Shown here: in pieces, positions 29,430-39,386 of the stretch | How the letters are laid out: the number at the start of each line of letters is the position of its first letter | How positions within the stretch are numbered: the first letter of the stretch is position 1 | Source of the DNA: Trueperaceae bacterium | GTDB lineage: Bacteria > Deinococcota > Deinococci > Deinococcales > Trueperaceae | DNA: 64,000 nucleotides | Assembly: GCA_965213925.1 (NCBI GenBank) | Contig: OZ243927.1 | Coordinates: forward strand, 32,001 to 96,000 | Direction: 5' to 3' | Program-made: the position numbers and the translations under genes | The notes under the pieces: generated by a model | Told to the model about the DNA's origin: nothing | Database searches by the model: none | What the model saw: the letters and a program-made list of their open reading frames with translations, nothing else

Positions 29430-30932
29430 CTAACCTCTCAATCCCTGCGCTAAAGCGTAATAAAGGTCGTTTTGCCGCAATTCATCCTTGAAGTCTCTAA
29501 GCCGCGTGTCGCTGCCGATCACGACGAGTTCGACGCCCGCAATCTCAGCGAAGTCCTCCATGTGCTCCGCTCTAAGTGCGTAGCTGTACACCGTGTGATG
29601 CGCTCCGCCTGCGTAAATCCAGGCGGCGAGCGCCGTCTTAAAGTCGGGCTGGCACTCCCAGACCGCGCGGGCAACGGGTAGTTTAGGAAGGTCAGGATGC
29701 TCAACTGCCGTCACCTCGTTTAAGACGAGCCGAAAGCGGTTGCCCATATCGATGAGTGACACATTGACGGCGTCACCCGGCGGCGCGTCGAACACCAGGC
29801 GCACCGGGTCTTCCTTGCCGCCGATGCCCAAGGGGTGAACCTCGAGCCTCGGTTTACCCTTGGCGATACTCGGACAAACCTCCAACATATGCGAGCCCAA
29901 GACCTGCTGCTTGCCCGGCTCTAAGTGATAGGTGTAGTCCTCCATAAACGAAGTCCGCTCCCCGCTCGCCATCACCTTCATCGCACGGAGTAAAACGGCG
30001 GTTTTCCAGTCGCCTTCCGCCCCGAAGCCGTAACCGTCCTTCATCAAGCGTTGGACGGCTAAGCCGGGGAGCTGCTTGAGCCCGTACAAATCCTCAAACG
30101 TCGTGGTGAAGCCTTTGAAACCGCCCGCTTCTAAAAAGCTGCGGAGTCCTAATTCTTGCCGCGCTCCGTATCTGAGCGATTCGTGTTGCTCACCGCCCTT
30201 ACGAAGCTCAGGCGTCACCTCATAAGCCGCTTCGTATTCCTCTATTAGGTCATCTACTGCACCCTCAGCGACCGCGTCGACCTCTCCGACTAAATCGCCT
30301 ACGCCGTAACCGTTGACCGAGCAGCCGAACCTCATCTCGGCGGCGACCTTGTCCCCTTCGGTCACGGCGACTTGGCGCATGTTGTCACCGAAGCGGGCGA
30401 ACTTGGCACCCTGCAAATCGCTCCAGGCGTGCGCGACCCTCGCCCACACGCCGACCTCCTCTTGCACGTCAGGGTCAGACCAGTGTCCCACCACAACCTT
30501 GCGCCCCAAACGCATCCTGGAGTGCAAAAAGCCCGCCTCGCGGTCGCCGTGCGCCGCCTGGTTGAGGTTCATAAAGTCCATGTCAATCTCAGACCAGGGC
30601 AGGTCGCGGTTGTATTGGGTATGGAGGTGACAAAAAGGCTTAGTAAGTTGGGAAAGCCCGCCTATCCACATCTTGGCAGGGGAAAAGGTGTGCATCCATA
30701 GGATCAGCCCGGCGCAACTTGGGTCGGCGTTCGCGTCTAGCAGCAGCTTGCGAACGTCGTCCGGAGTGGTTAGGAGCGCTTTGTACCTGATGCTTAAAGG
30801 GACAGCGTCGCTGTCATTCAGGGCGTTCGCGACCTCTTTGGCGTTCGCCGCGACCTCGTCTAAGGGACCGGGTCCATAGAGGTGCTGCGAGCCGCAGACG
30901 AACCAGATCGAGGGGTGCTCGAGGTGCTTCAA
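29430..30932 (-). CDS. araA: L-arabinose isomerase
   Basis: [39 protein letters not shown]. Confidence 0.97.
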   Translation of the reverse strand: MKHLEHPSIWFVCGSQHLYGPGPLDEVAANAKEVANALNDSDAVPLSIRYKALLTTPDDVRKLLLDANADPSCAGLILWMHTFSPAKMWIGGLSQLTKPFCHLHTQYNRDLPWSEIDMDFMNLNQAAHGDREAGFLHSRMRLGRKVVVGHWSDPDVQEEVGVWARVAHAWSDLQGAKFARFGDNMRQVAVTEGDKVAAEMRFGCSVNGYGVGDLVGEVDAVAEGAVDDLIEEYEAAYEVTPELRKGGEQHESLRYGARQELGLRSFLEAGGFKGFTTTFEDLYGLKQLPGLAVQRLMKDGYGFGAEGDWKTAVLLRAMKVMASGERTSFMEDYTYHLEPGKQQVLGSHMLEVCPSIAKGKPRLEVHPLGIGGKEDPVRLVFDAPPGDAVNVSLIDMGNRFRLVLNEVTAVEHPDLPKLPVARAVWECQPDFKTALAAWIYAGGAHHTVYSYALRAEHMEDFAEIAGVELVVIGSDTRLRDFKDELRQNDLYYALAQGLRG

Positions 30933-30953
30933 GGTGTGGTCTCACTGTTCACG

Positions 30954-31646
30954 TCACTGCCCGTAGACCTTTTGATAGCGTTCGTAAAGCTTGACGATGT
31001 TCTCCTCTTCAATAGGGATGGGCGAGCCGAGGTGCACCGCCAAGTAAGAGGTGCGAGCCACGTCTTCACACATGACGGCAGCTTTCACGGCGTCTTTAGG
31101 CGTTTTGCCGAGTGCGAACACGCCGTGGTTTTGCAAGATGAGCGCGGGCGAAAGGTGGTCTTTCAAAACGCGCACGACCTCTTTGCCGATCTCCTCGCCG
31201 CCGATGAGCGCAAAGCCGCCGATGGGAATCGGACCGCCGAATTCGTCCGCCATCGCCGTTAAAAAGCAGGGAATCTCTTTACCCACGGCTGCCCACGCCG
31301 TGGCGTAGGGGCTGTGCGTATGAACGATACCCCCGACTTCAGGCATGTGTTTGTAGATATAAGCGTGCGTCGCGGTGTCAGACGAAAACTTGTTTTCGCT
31401 GCGATTCTCCAAGGTCTCAAGCTCGACTTCGCACATGCTCTCAGGCGTTAAATCTTCAAACATCACACCCGAGGGCTTGATGACCATCGTGCCGCTGTCT
31501 AAGCGTCCGCTGATGTTGCCGCTCGTCCAACTCACCAAATTGTTTTCGGGTAGATAGGCGTGGAGTCTGCAGACCTCATGGTACAAGTTTAGGAGATTGA
31601 GGTCGGTTGTTCCGAGGGACTTTTTAGGAGGGTTGGCTGAGGTCAC
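30954..31646 (-). CDS. araD: L-ribulose-5-phosphate 4-epimerase
   Basis: GNIS, IKPSG, SSDTATH, HTHSPYAT, NHG; class II aldolase fold within ara operon. Confidence 0.92.
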   Translation of the reverse strand: MTSANPPKKSLGTTDLNLLNLYHEVCRLHAYLPENNLVSWTSGNISGRLDSGTMVIKPSGVMFEDLTPESMCEVELETLENRSENKFSSDTATHAYIYKHMPEVGGIVHTHSPYATAWAAVGKEIPCFLTAMADEFGGPIPIGGFALIGGEEIGKEVVRVLKDHLSPALILQNHGVFALGKTPKDAVKAAVMCEDVARTSYLAVHLGSPIPIEEENIVKLYERYQKVYGQ

Positions 31647-33346
31647 GTCTCTACCTCCCGAGCCCCCGCTTCCACTTGTTCTCGAGCCTCCCCCCGGCGC
31701 TTTCTCGCTTGACGCCGCACCCTCTTGAGCGTCTTCATGACACCGTTCTCGCCCCGCCCGAAGAGGTCGTAGAGCCGCTTGTACTCTCTGTAAAGCGTAT
31801 TGTAAGCCTCTTGGTTTTCGGGGATTGGGGAGATGACGTCGTCCTCGAGCTTGCCCATCTTTTCAGCCGCACGCTGAATATCGGGGTAGACCCCGGCGGC
31901 GACGGCGGCGTGCATCGCAGAGCCTAGCGCGGGCGCTTGCGACGAGCCCGCCAGCTTGAGCGTTCGTCCGGTTACGTCGGCGTAGATTTGTAGGAGCAGG
32001 GCGTTTTTGGGTAAGCCGCCCGCCGCGACAAGCTCTTTGACCTCGACGCCTTCGCGCTCGAACGCTTCGATAATTTCACGTGTACCGTAAGCGGTGCTTT
32101 CGATGAGGGCGCGGTAGAGGTCGGGGGCTTCCGTCGCCAAGGTCAGCCCGACGATAAGCCCAGAGAGGTCCGTGTCCACCAAGGTCGAGCGGTTGCCGTT
32201 CCACCAGTCGAGGGCAAGTAAACCATGTTCACCGACCTCTTGCTCGGTAGCTTTTTGCTCGAGATACGCATGAAGGTCCAGACCCGCAGCTTCAGCCGCT
32301 TTCATGTACTCACTCGGCACCGCGTTCTCCACAAACCACGCGAAGATGTCACCCACGCCCGACTGTCCCGCTTCGTAACCGTAGAGTCCGGGGATGATGC
32401 CGCCCTCGACCACCCCGCACATCCCTTCGACGTTGTGGCGCTCGCCCGCCGACATCACGTGGCACGTCGAGGTGCCCATGACCATGACCATCGTACCCGG
32501 CGATACAGCGCGAACGGCAGGGGCGGTGACGTGCGCGTCGACGTTGGCGACCGCCACCGCGACGCCCTCTCGTAGACCCGTCGCCTCAGCCCACTCAGCC
32601 GTGAGCCCGCCCGCCTTTTCACCCAACTGTGAGAACTCGCGGCTCATCTTGTCGTCCACTACATCCGCAAAGTCGGGGTGGAGGGCGGCGAAGAAGTCTC
32701 GAGAGGGATACTCGCCGCCCTGCACCAGCGCCTTGTAGCCCGCCATGCACGCATTTCTTGTCTCGGCGCCGGTGAGTTGCCACACCACCCAATCCGCCGC
32801 TTCGATGAGCCTATCCGCTTCTCGGTAAACGTCAGGCGCTTCCTCTAAAATCTGCAAGGCTTTAGAAAAGAACCACTCCGAGGAGTACTTGCCGCCGTAG
32901 CGCTTCAGCCACGCCTCCACTCGGTCTTCAGCGACCGCGTTAATCTTGTCGGCTTGGGGTTGCGCCGCGTGGTGTTTCCAGAGCTTGACCCAGGCGTGCG
33001 GATTGTCTTGCCACTGATCCAAACTTCGAAGCGGTGTGCCGTCCGCTAGGGTGGGCAGCACTGTGCACGACGTAAAGTCGATGCCCAGACCGACCACCTC
33101 TTTGCTGTCAACCCCGCTTTTCTCCAGCACAGCGGGGACGGTTTGCTTGATGACCTCTAAGTAATCCAGCGGGTCTTGTAGCGCCCATTCTGGCGCTAAA
33201 CGCTCGCCCGAAGTCGGTAACGTTTCATCAACGGCTCCGCTCGGATAGTCGAGGACGGCGCTTGCGACCTCGTCGCCATTCTCCGTATCGACGAGCACAG
33301 CGCGCCCTGACAAGGTGCCGAAGTCTAGACCTAAGGTACAACTCAT
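31643..33346 (-). CDS. araB: Ribulokinase
   Basis: GLDFGTLSGR, DFTSCT, KLWKHHAAQ, LDWWNGNRS. Confidence 0.95.
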   Translation of the reverse strand: MSCTLGLDFGTLSGRAVLVDTENGDEVASAVLDYPSGAVDETLPTSGERLAPEWALQDPLDYLEVIKQTVPAVLEKSGVDSKEVVGLGIDFTSCTVLPTLADGTPLRSLDQWQDNPHAWVKLWKHHAAQPQADKINAVAEDRVEAWLKRYGGKYSSEWFFSKALQILEEAPDVYREADRLIEAADWVVWQLTGAETRNACMAGYKALVQGGEYPSRDFFAALHPDFADVVDDKMSREFSQLGEKAGGLTAEWAEATGLREGVAVAVANVDAHVTAPAVRAVSPGTMVMVMGTSTCHVMSAGERHNVEGMCGVVEGGIIPGLYGYEAGQSGVGDIFAWFVENAVPSEYMKAAEAAGLDLHAYLEQKATEQEVGEHGLLALDWWNGNRSTLVDTDLSGLIVGLTLATEAPDLYRALIESTAYGTREIIEAFEREGVEVKELVAAGGLPKNALLLQIYADVTGRTLKLAGSSQAPALGSAMHAAVAAGVYPDIQRAAEKMGKLEDDVISPIPENQEAYNTLYREYKRLYDLFGRGENGVMKTLKRVRRQARKRRGEAREQVEAGAREVET

Positions 33347-34365
33347 GGGGTCCTCCTAAGGACGCTCTGCCGCTCGATCAACGTCGGATAGAGCACGCGC
33401 TGGTGCACGGGCGTCTCGGGCTGGCTCATAAGCGTGAGAAGATAGTCTACACTCTGCTGACCGAGCGCGGTGAAGTCTTGGCTGACCGTCGTTAAGGGCG
33501 GCTCGAAAAAAGCCGCTTCGGGGATGTCATCGAACCCGACGATGGAGACGTCTTCGGGTACGCGCAGCCCGTGCGCACGCAGCGCCCGCGCCGCACCTAG
33601 TGCGGTTTGGTCGTTCGCCGCGACCAAGCCTGAAAAGCGCTCGCCGCTCGCTAAGAGCTGCTCGGTCGCCCGGAAGCCGCCCGCAGCCGACCAGTCGCCT
33701 TCGGCGCTCGGGCCGGGGGTGAGACCCGCCGCCCGCACAGCTTCTACCCAAGCCTCGTGCCGCAGCGCCGCGTCGTGCCAGTTAAGAGGACCACTGATCT
33801 CGGCGACGTCTTGGTGTCCCAAATCTATCAGGTGCTGCGCGGCGAGCCTCGAGCCTGCCACCTGGTCTATCACCACCGAGGGCACGTGCGCCCCTTTGGG
33901 AACGTCGATCATGACGACGGGAATGTCACCGCATAGGCTTAAGACATCGGCAGGGTCAAGGCCGATAAAGGGGGCCGCCATCACAATCCCGTCTACCTGG
34001 TGGTCTCCGAGCGTGTTGATCGCGTTTCGCAACTGCTCAGTTGTAAGCTCGTCGATGCTGTAAAACGTCAGCCCATAACCGCTCGCCCTGACCGCCTTCT
34101 CGATCTTAGCGAAGGTCTGCGCGGGACCATAGTAGGTTGTGCCGAAACTGATGATGCCGATTGTGTTCGAGTTGCGCGTGACCAAGCTGCGAGCCATCCG
34201 GTTCGGGCGATAGCCCAACGTTTTGATGGAACTCAGCACGCGTTCGCGGGTGCTCTCGGCGACATGTGGGTGTCTATTAACGACACGCGAGACTGTTTGG
34301 TTCGACACACCAGAGGCTCTAGCCACGTCGCTGAGGGTGATCTGTTTGTCGGTACTGGTCGCCAT
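33343..34365 (-). CDS. LacI-family regulator
   Basis: TLSDVARASGVSNQTVSRV, VGFDD, PPLTTV. Confidence 0.95.
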   Translation of the reverse strand: MATSTDKQITLSDVARASGVSNQTVSRVVNRHPHVAESTRERVLSSIKTLGYRPNRMARSLVTRNSNTIGIISFGTTYYGPAQTFAKIEKAVRASGYGLTFYSIDELTTEQLRNAINTLGDHQVDGIVMAAPFIGLDPADVLSLCGDIPVVMIDVPKGAHVPSVVIDQVAGSRLAAQHLIDLGHQDVAEISGPLNWHDAALRHEAWVEAVRAAGLTPGPSAEGDWSAAGGFRATEQLLASGERFSGLVAANDQTALGAARALRAHGLRVPEDVSIVGFDDIPEAAFFEPPLTTVSQDFTALGQQSVDYLLTLMSQPETPVHQRVLYPTLIERQSVLRRTP

Positions 34366-34421
34366 CGCTCCTCATTCTAATTCAAACCGCGGCGGATTCA
34401 CTATCAAAGTCTCGGAGTTTT

Positions 34422-34598
34422 TTGATAACGATAACAATTTACTATCGCGGCAAATACTTTGTCAATGTACAAGAGAGTTAATATTAAGGGACAGTGTATA
34501 TACCTTGCATTCGTAAAATCGCCCAGTTTAGATTTCGTTAAGGGCTCTCAACTTGACAAACGCTCGATTATTTGGCTTAATACTGTTAGCGTTATCAA
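34422..34598. promoter_or_regulatory. Two LacI-type operators at divergent promoters
   Basis: TTGATAACGATAACA (34422-34436) and TGTTAGCGTTATCAA (34584-34598), 14/15 identical as inverted copies, central CG; TTGACA boxes on both strands. Confidence 0.7.
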
Positions 34599-34676
34599 TT
34601 TGTAGGCATTCGACGAGCTTATAGGTATGTCACCTCTGTCACGCTTTGTCTTAGCAAAGTCTCGTCAACAGAAAGG

Positions 34677-35957
34677 ATGGAGAGTATGCGTCTTATCGTC
34701 AGGTGGTCAGCTATTCTTATCGTCGCCCTCAGTGGCTCAGCTGCCGTTCACGCGCAAGAGGAGCTTTCGGGCACCCTCGAGATTTGGGGATGGCAAGCGC
34801 CCTTAGAGGCGTTGCAACTCGTCGACGCCGAATTCAACGAGCTTTATCCGAACGTCACGCTGGAATACGTGGCGCGCGATGCGGCAGAAACCTATCAGCA
34901 GATTCAGCTCGCCGTCACTGCGGGCAGTGGCGTGCCAGACGTTGCCGTAATCGAGGATTCTAACCTAGCGCAGTTCGCTCAGCTCGGCGTGCTAGCAGAC
35001 ATTACCGACTGGGTTGAGCCCTATGTCTCAGACATCAACGCCTATAAGTGGAATCAAGCGACGGTAGACGGGCGCTACTACGCCATGCCCTGGGACAGCG
35101 GTCCGGTCGCCGTTTTCTACCGGCGCGATGTGTTTGAGCAAGCGGGCATAGACCCGGCGGCCATTCAAACCTGGGACGACTACTTTCAGGCGGCTCAAAC
35201 CATCATGGAGCAGACTGGCGTGTCCATGCTGCAGCACTCAAAAGCGCGCAACAACGCCCGCATGTTCGAGAAACTACTGTGGCAGCGCGGTCTCGGCTAC
35301 ATCGATGAGGAGGGGAACGTTATCCTCGACCAGGACCCGCGCATCTTGGAGACGCTCGAGTATCTCGGCAGCTTCTGGGATGAAGGGTTGACTACAGACG
35401 CCGAAGAATGGACGGACGCCTGGTACCGCAACTTTTCTGAAGGTCGCGTGGCGACCCACCCCGGCGCGGTCTGGATGGGCACCTTCTTCAAAGGCTTTAT
35501 TGCGCCCGAGGCGGCTGGCGAGTGGGGCGTCTTTCGCCTGCCCGCTTGGGGCGACAGCGAGGTTCGGGCTTCGAACGACGGCGGCTCGAACTTGGTCACG
35601 TTCACCCAAAGTGATCGGCAGGAACTCGCTTGGGCTTATATCGAGTTTCACTTAACGCGGCAAGAGCAGCAGCTCGAGATTTACCGCGAAACCGACCTCT
35701 TTCCGAGCTTGCAAACCACCTACGACGCGCCACTTTTCACCGAGGAAGACCCCTACTTTGGCGGTCAGAGCGTGCGTCAGCTCTTTGCCGACGTCGTTCA
35801 AGAAATTCCGACCGCAGGTATTTACAGCCCTGACTATCAGGAGATGAACGGTATCCTTCAGCAAGAGATTCAGCGCTACGCCCTCGGGCAACAGAGCGCC
35901 GAACAAACCCTGCAGCGAGCCGCCAGCGCCATCCGCGACAGAACCCGCCGCCGCTAG
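34677..35957 (+). CDS. Oligosaccharide ABC substrate-binding protein
   Basis: Signal peptide, YAMPWDSGP, GGSNL. Confidence 0.9.
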   Translation: MESMRLIVRWSAILIVALSGSAAVHAQEELSGTLEIWGWQAPLEALQLVDAEFNELYPNVTLEYVARDAAETYQQIQLAVTAGSGVPDVAVIEDSNLAQFAQLGVLADITDWVEPYVSDINAYKWNQATVDGRYYAMPWDSGPVAVFYRRDVFEQAGIDPAAIQTWDDYFQAAQTIMEQTGVSMLQHSKARNNARMFEKLLWQRGLGYIDEEGNVILDQDPRILETLEYLGSFWDEGLTTDAEEWTDAWYRNFSEGRVATHPGAVWMGTFFKGFIAPEAAGEWGVFRLPAWGDSEVRASNDGGSNLVTFTQSDRQELAWAYIEFHLTRQEQQLEIYRETDLFPSLQTTYDAPLFTEEDPYFGGQSVRQLFADVVQEIPTAGIYSPDYQEMNGILQQEIQRYALGQQSAEQTLQRAASAIRDRTRRR

Positions 35958-35972
35958 CGAAAGGAGTCGCTG

Positions 35973-36920
35973 TTGCAACGCACGAATTCAAACAGGGTGA
36001 CGGCTGCCAAACAAGGTTCGGACGCGCCTGCACCGCGCCACACCCCCTGGTACCGGGTGGTGTGGCGTCACCGCTGGGCTTACATCTTCGTCTCTCCTTT
36101 CTTTATCCTCTTCGCCGTTTTCGCGCTCTACCCCATTCTCTTCTCGCTCTGGTTGAGCTTTCACGAGTGGAACGGATTTACGGCGATGCAGTTCACCGGT
36201 TTAGACAACTACCAACAGCTTTTCAGAGATTCCTACTTCTGGAATTCGATGCTCAATACCGTCATCCTCTTTTTTATCTATGTGCCGTTCATGACGTTTT
36301 CGGCTATCGTCCTAGCGACGGCGCTGCACAACAACTTCCTCAAGTTTCAGGGGCTGTGGCGGGCGCTGCTCTTCTTGCCGCACCTCACCTCAATGGTTGC
36401 AGCGGGTTTTGTCTTCAGGCTGATTCTCGACACGCAAAGTGGCATTGCCAACCAGGTTCTAGGCTGGTTTAGTCTTTCGCCTATCCCTTGGCTTGACGAT
36501 ATTTGGTGGGCGCGTGTCTCGCTCGGGCTACTGATGATCTGGGCGTGGCTCGGTTACAACACCGTTATCATGCTGGCGGGGCTCCAAACGATTTCCAACG
36601 AGCTTAACGAGGCGGCGCGTATCGACGGCGCGAACCGCTCGCAGATTTTTTGGAGCATCACTGTACCGCTGCTCAGGCCCGTCATCCTCTTTTCGGTGAC
36701 GCTCTCCATTATTGGCACCTTTCAGATGTTTACTGAGCCGTTCATCCTCACGCGCGGCGGGCCCATCGGCGCAACGGAAACACCGGTTATGCAGATTTTC
36801 TCGACGCTTTTTAACAACATTCGCTACGGCTACGCGGCAGCTATGAGCTACGTGTTCTTTGTCACCATCTTGATCGCCGCCGTGATACAGTCGCGCTTTT
36901 TCAGGGGAGGTACCTCATGA
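35973..36920 (+). CDS. Carbohydrate ABC permease
   Basis: LAGLQTISNELNEAARIDGA. Confidence 0.92.
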   Translation: MQRTNSNRVTAAKQGSDAPAPRHTPWYRVVWRHRWAYIFVSPFFILFAVFALYPILFSLWLSFHEWNGFTAMQFTGLDNYQQLFRDSYFWNSMLNTVILFFIYVPFMTFSAIVLATALHNNFLKFQGLWRALLFLPHLTSMVAAGFVFRLILDTQSGIANQVLGWFSLSPIPWLDDIWWARVSLGLLMIWAWLGYNTVIMLAGLQTISNELNEAARIDGANRSQIFWSITVPLLRPVILFSVTLSIIGTFQMFTEPFILTRGGPIGATETPVMQIFSTLFNNIRYGYAAAMSYVFFVTILIAAVIQSRFFRGGTS

Positions 36921-37768
36921 CGCAGCGAACGCCCAAGCGACGCACCCACGAGCCGCTTGTCAAATTCGCAACCTACTCGGCGCTCGTCCTGATCAGCGCC
37001 CTCATGATCTTTCCGTTTGTATGGATGTTAGTGTCATCGCTAAAGCCGTTCGAGGAGATTTTTGCGGGGACGACCTTTTTACCCCAGCAGCCCACCCTAG
37101 ATAACTACGCTCGGCTGTTTTCGCAAAACGACGCCCTGCTCAAAGTCTGGAACAGCTTTTACATCGCAACCGCGCGCACGGTTCTTTCGGTGTTTTTATG
37201 TGCTTTAGGGGGTTACGCCTTCGCTAAGTTCCGCTTCCCCGGTCGCGGCACCCTCTTCGCAATTATGCTTGGCTCAATCACCGTGCCCTTTGCTATTTTA
37301 CTTGTGCCGCTTTTCGTCATGATGCGCAACGTCTTCGGCTGGATCGATACGCCGTGGCCGCTTATTATCCCTTTTGCCGCCAATGCTTTCGGCATTTTTT
37401 TCATGCGGCAGTACATGCTTTCCGTGAGCGACGACATGCTCGACGCCGCCCGTATTGATGGTGCATCGGAGTTTGGCATCTTTTTGCGAGTGGTGCTGCC
37501 CACGACGCTGCCCGGACTCGCTAGTTTAGGCATTATCTTTTTCATGCAGTCGTGGAACGACTTCTTGTGGCCGACCGCCGTTTTGCGCTCCGAAGCGATG
37601 CAGACCGTGCCGCTCATGCTCAATTCGTTGCAAGGTCCGGCGGGTAGAACCGCCTTTGATGTGCTGATGGCGGGCTCGGTAGTGAGCCTCATCCCGATGC
37701 TCATTATCTTTCTGTTCTTGCAGCGGTACTTAGTTGCAGGAATTACGGCGGGTTCTGTAAAAGGTTAA
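36917..37768 (+). CDS. Carbohydrate ABC permease
   Basis: DAARIDGASEFGIF, SWNDFLWP. Confidence 0.92.
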   Translation: MTQRTPKRRTHEPLVKFATYSALVLISALMIFPFVWMLVSSLKPFEEIFAGTTFLPQQPTLDNYARLFSQNDALLKVWNSFYIATARTVLSVFLCALGGYAFAKFRFPGRGTLFAIMLGSITVPFAILLVPLFVMMRNVFGWIDTPWPLIIPFAANAFGIFFMRQYMLSVSDDMLDAARIDGASEFGIFLRVVLPTTLPGLASLGIIFFMQSWNDFLWPTAVLRSEAMQTVPLMLNSLQGPAGRTAFDVLMAGSVVSLIPMLIIFLFLQRYLVAGITAGSVKG

Positions 37769-37815
37769 AGGTTTATTCGGTCTCGTCTGCCTACCCATAG
37801 AGGAGGAAAGCCAGC

Positions 37816-38412
37816 ATGTATATAGTGAGCATTCGCGCACTGACGGTACTTGTAGTCAACCTTGTTCTGCTAAGCGTGCTCGCTGCTTGTCACATGACAA
37901 GCCCTAACGATGAGCTTGCGACTCAAGCAACGCGAATACTTTCGAACGAAACAGTTTGGCACGATACGAACGGCAATAAGATACTCGCGCAGGGCGGTAT
38001 GGTAACGAAGGTTGGAAGTACGTATTACTGGATTGGAGCAGAATTCCCGTCAGACGACTATCGCTTTTCGGCGATCAAATGTTACGCCTCAAATGACCTC
38101 AAAAGCTGGAGTTTTGTCAATGATGTACTTAGCGCACAGCCGAGCGGCGAGCTATCGTCCAACCACTGGGTCGGGCGACCAGACGTTATCTATAACTCTG
38201 CTACAAACAACTACGTTATGTACGTGGAGTGGGCTCCCATTGACCCACAGACGACGCGGAACCTTATTGGGGTTGCTATAAGCGATTCGATCTGCGGAGA
38301 CTATTCCTGGCGAGGTACATCTAAAGTTTTAGGTAGGACGATTGGCTTTTGGTCTGACGCAGATGCTAACCAGTGGCTGAATGTGGACGATGTGGAACTC
38401 TATAAAAAGTAA
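37816..38412 (+). pseudogene. GH43 (subfamily 24-like) lipoprotein with large internal deletion
   Basis: Lipobox LAAC; WHDTNGNKILAQGG, YYWIG, RPDVIYN, then an abrupt CBM-like end IGFWSDADANQWLNVDDVEL; too short for a five-bladed propeller. Confidence 0.6.
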
Positions 38413-38465
38413 CGCCGCTTTGAGATCGGTATACGTTCCGATAAACTCGCTGAAGAGGTAAACTT

Positions 38466-39386
38466 GTGAACAACTTGATCACCAAACGACCTTTAAGACC
38501 CCCCGAGCACCCCTTAACCAGCAACGGCTACACCCTCTCACCAGAGCATCTCGGCGCGTTGGTACCGAGCCATCCCGAGACGTCTATAGAGGATTTAAGA
38601 GAGCAGTACCGTGCCCGAGGTTATCTGTGGCTCAAGGGGTTTTTACCTCGAGACGAAGTACTAAACTTTCGCCGCCGTTTCTTCGAGGCGTTCCAAGAGG
38701 TCCGTCTTTTACAGCCTGATACCGACCCGGTCGAAGGCATCTTTTCAGGTACAGAGGACAAGCAGCAGACCAACAAAATCTTAATGGAACAAACCCGCAC
38801 CGCAGCTTATGAGTCGTTCTGCTTGCAACCGCGCCTGTGGCAGTTCTTCGACGCCTTTTTGCGAGGTCCCTCATACCTCCACAAGCGCAAGATCATCCGC
38901 CACCTCACACCGGGGAGCGCGTGGACGACACCCGCCCACTACGACCTCATCTACTTGCGGAGCGGCAGCGACAGCGTGGTGTCTTGCTGGATTCCTTTGG
39001 GTGATATTCCCCTAGAAATGGGCGGGTTAGTGTATCTCGAGCACTCCGACCGCACAGGACGTGAGCTGGAAGCCGAATTCACAAGGCAAAACGCTACGCT
39101 TCCGCCCGAGGAGCGCATCAGCGCCTACAACCAGAACATGAGCGAGGGGGGCTGGGTCGGCAAAGATTTGTCTGCAATGGCAGAAAAATATACCTCGCGC
39201 TGGCTCGCCGCCGACTACGAGGCAGGTGACGTAGTGCTGCACAGCGCCTATATGGTCCACGCGGCAACCGATAACGTTGACCAGCAGGGGCACATCCGGC
39301 TCTCGACGGATATCCGCTACCAGAACGTGCGCCGTGAGATTGACGCGCGGTGGGCTAACCACTGGTCCTTGGAGGACATGCTGTGA
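38466..39386 (+). CDS. PhyH-family Fe(II)/2-oxoglutarate dioxygenase
   Basis: PAHYD, WIPLGD, GDVVLH..MVH, RLSTDIRY. Confidence 0.88.
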   Translation: MNNLITKRPLRPPEHPLTSNGYTLSPEHLGALVPSHPETSIEDLREQYRARGYLWLKGFLPRDEVLNFRRRFFEAFQEVRLLQPDTDPVEGIFSGTEDKQQTNKILMEQTRTAAYESFCLQPRLWQFFDAFLRGPSYLHKRKIIRHLTPGSAWTTPAHYDLIYLRSGSDSVVSCWIPLGDIPLEMGGLVYLEHSDRTGRELEAEFTRQNATLPPEERISAYNQNMSEGGWVGKDLSAMAEKYTSRWLAADYEAGDVVLHSAYMVHAATDNVDQQGHIRLSTDIRYQNVRREIDARWANHWSLEDML

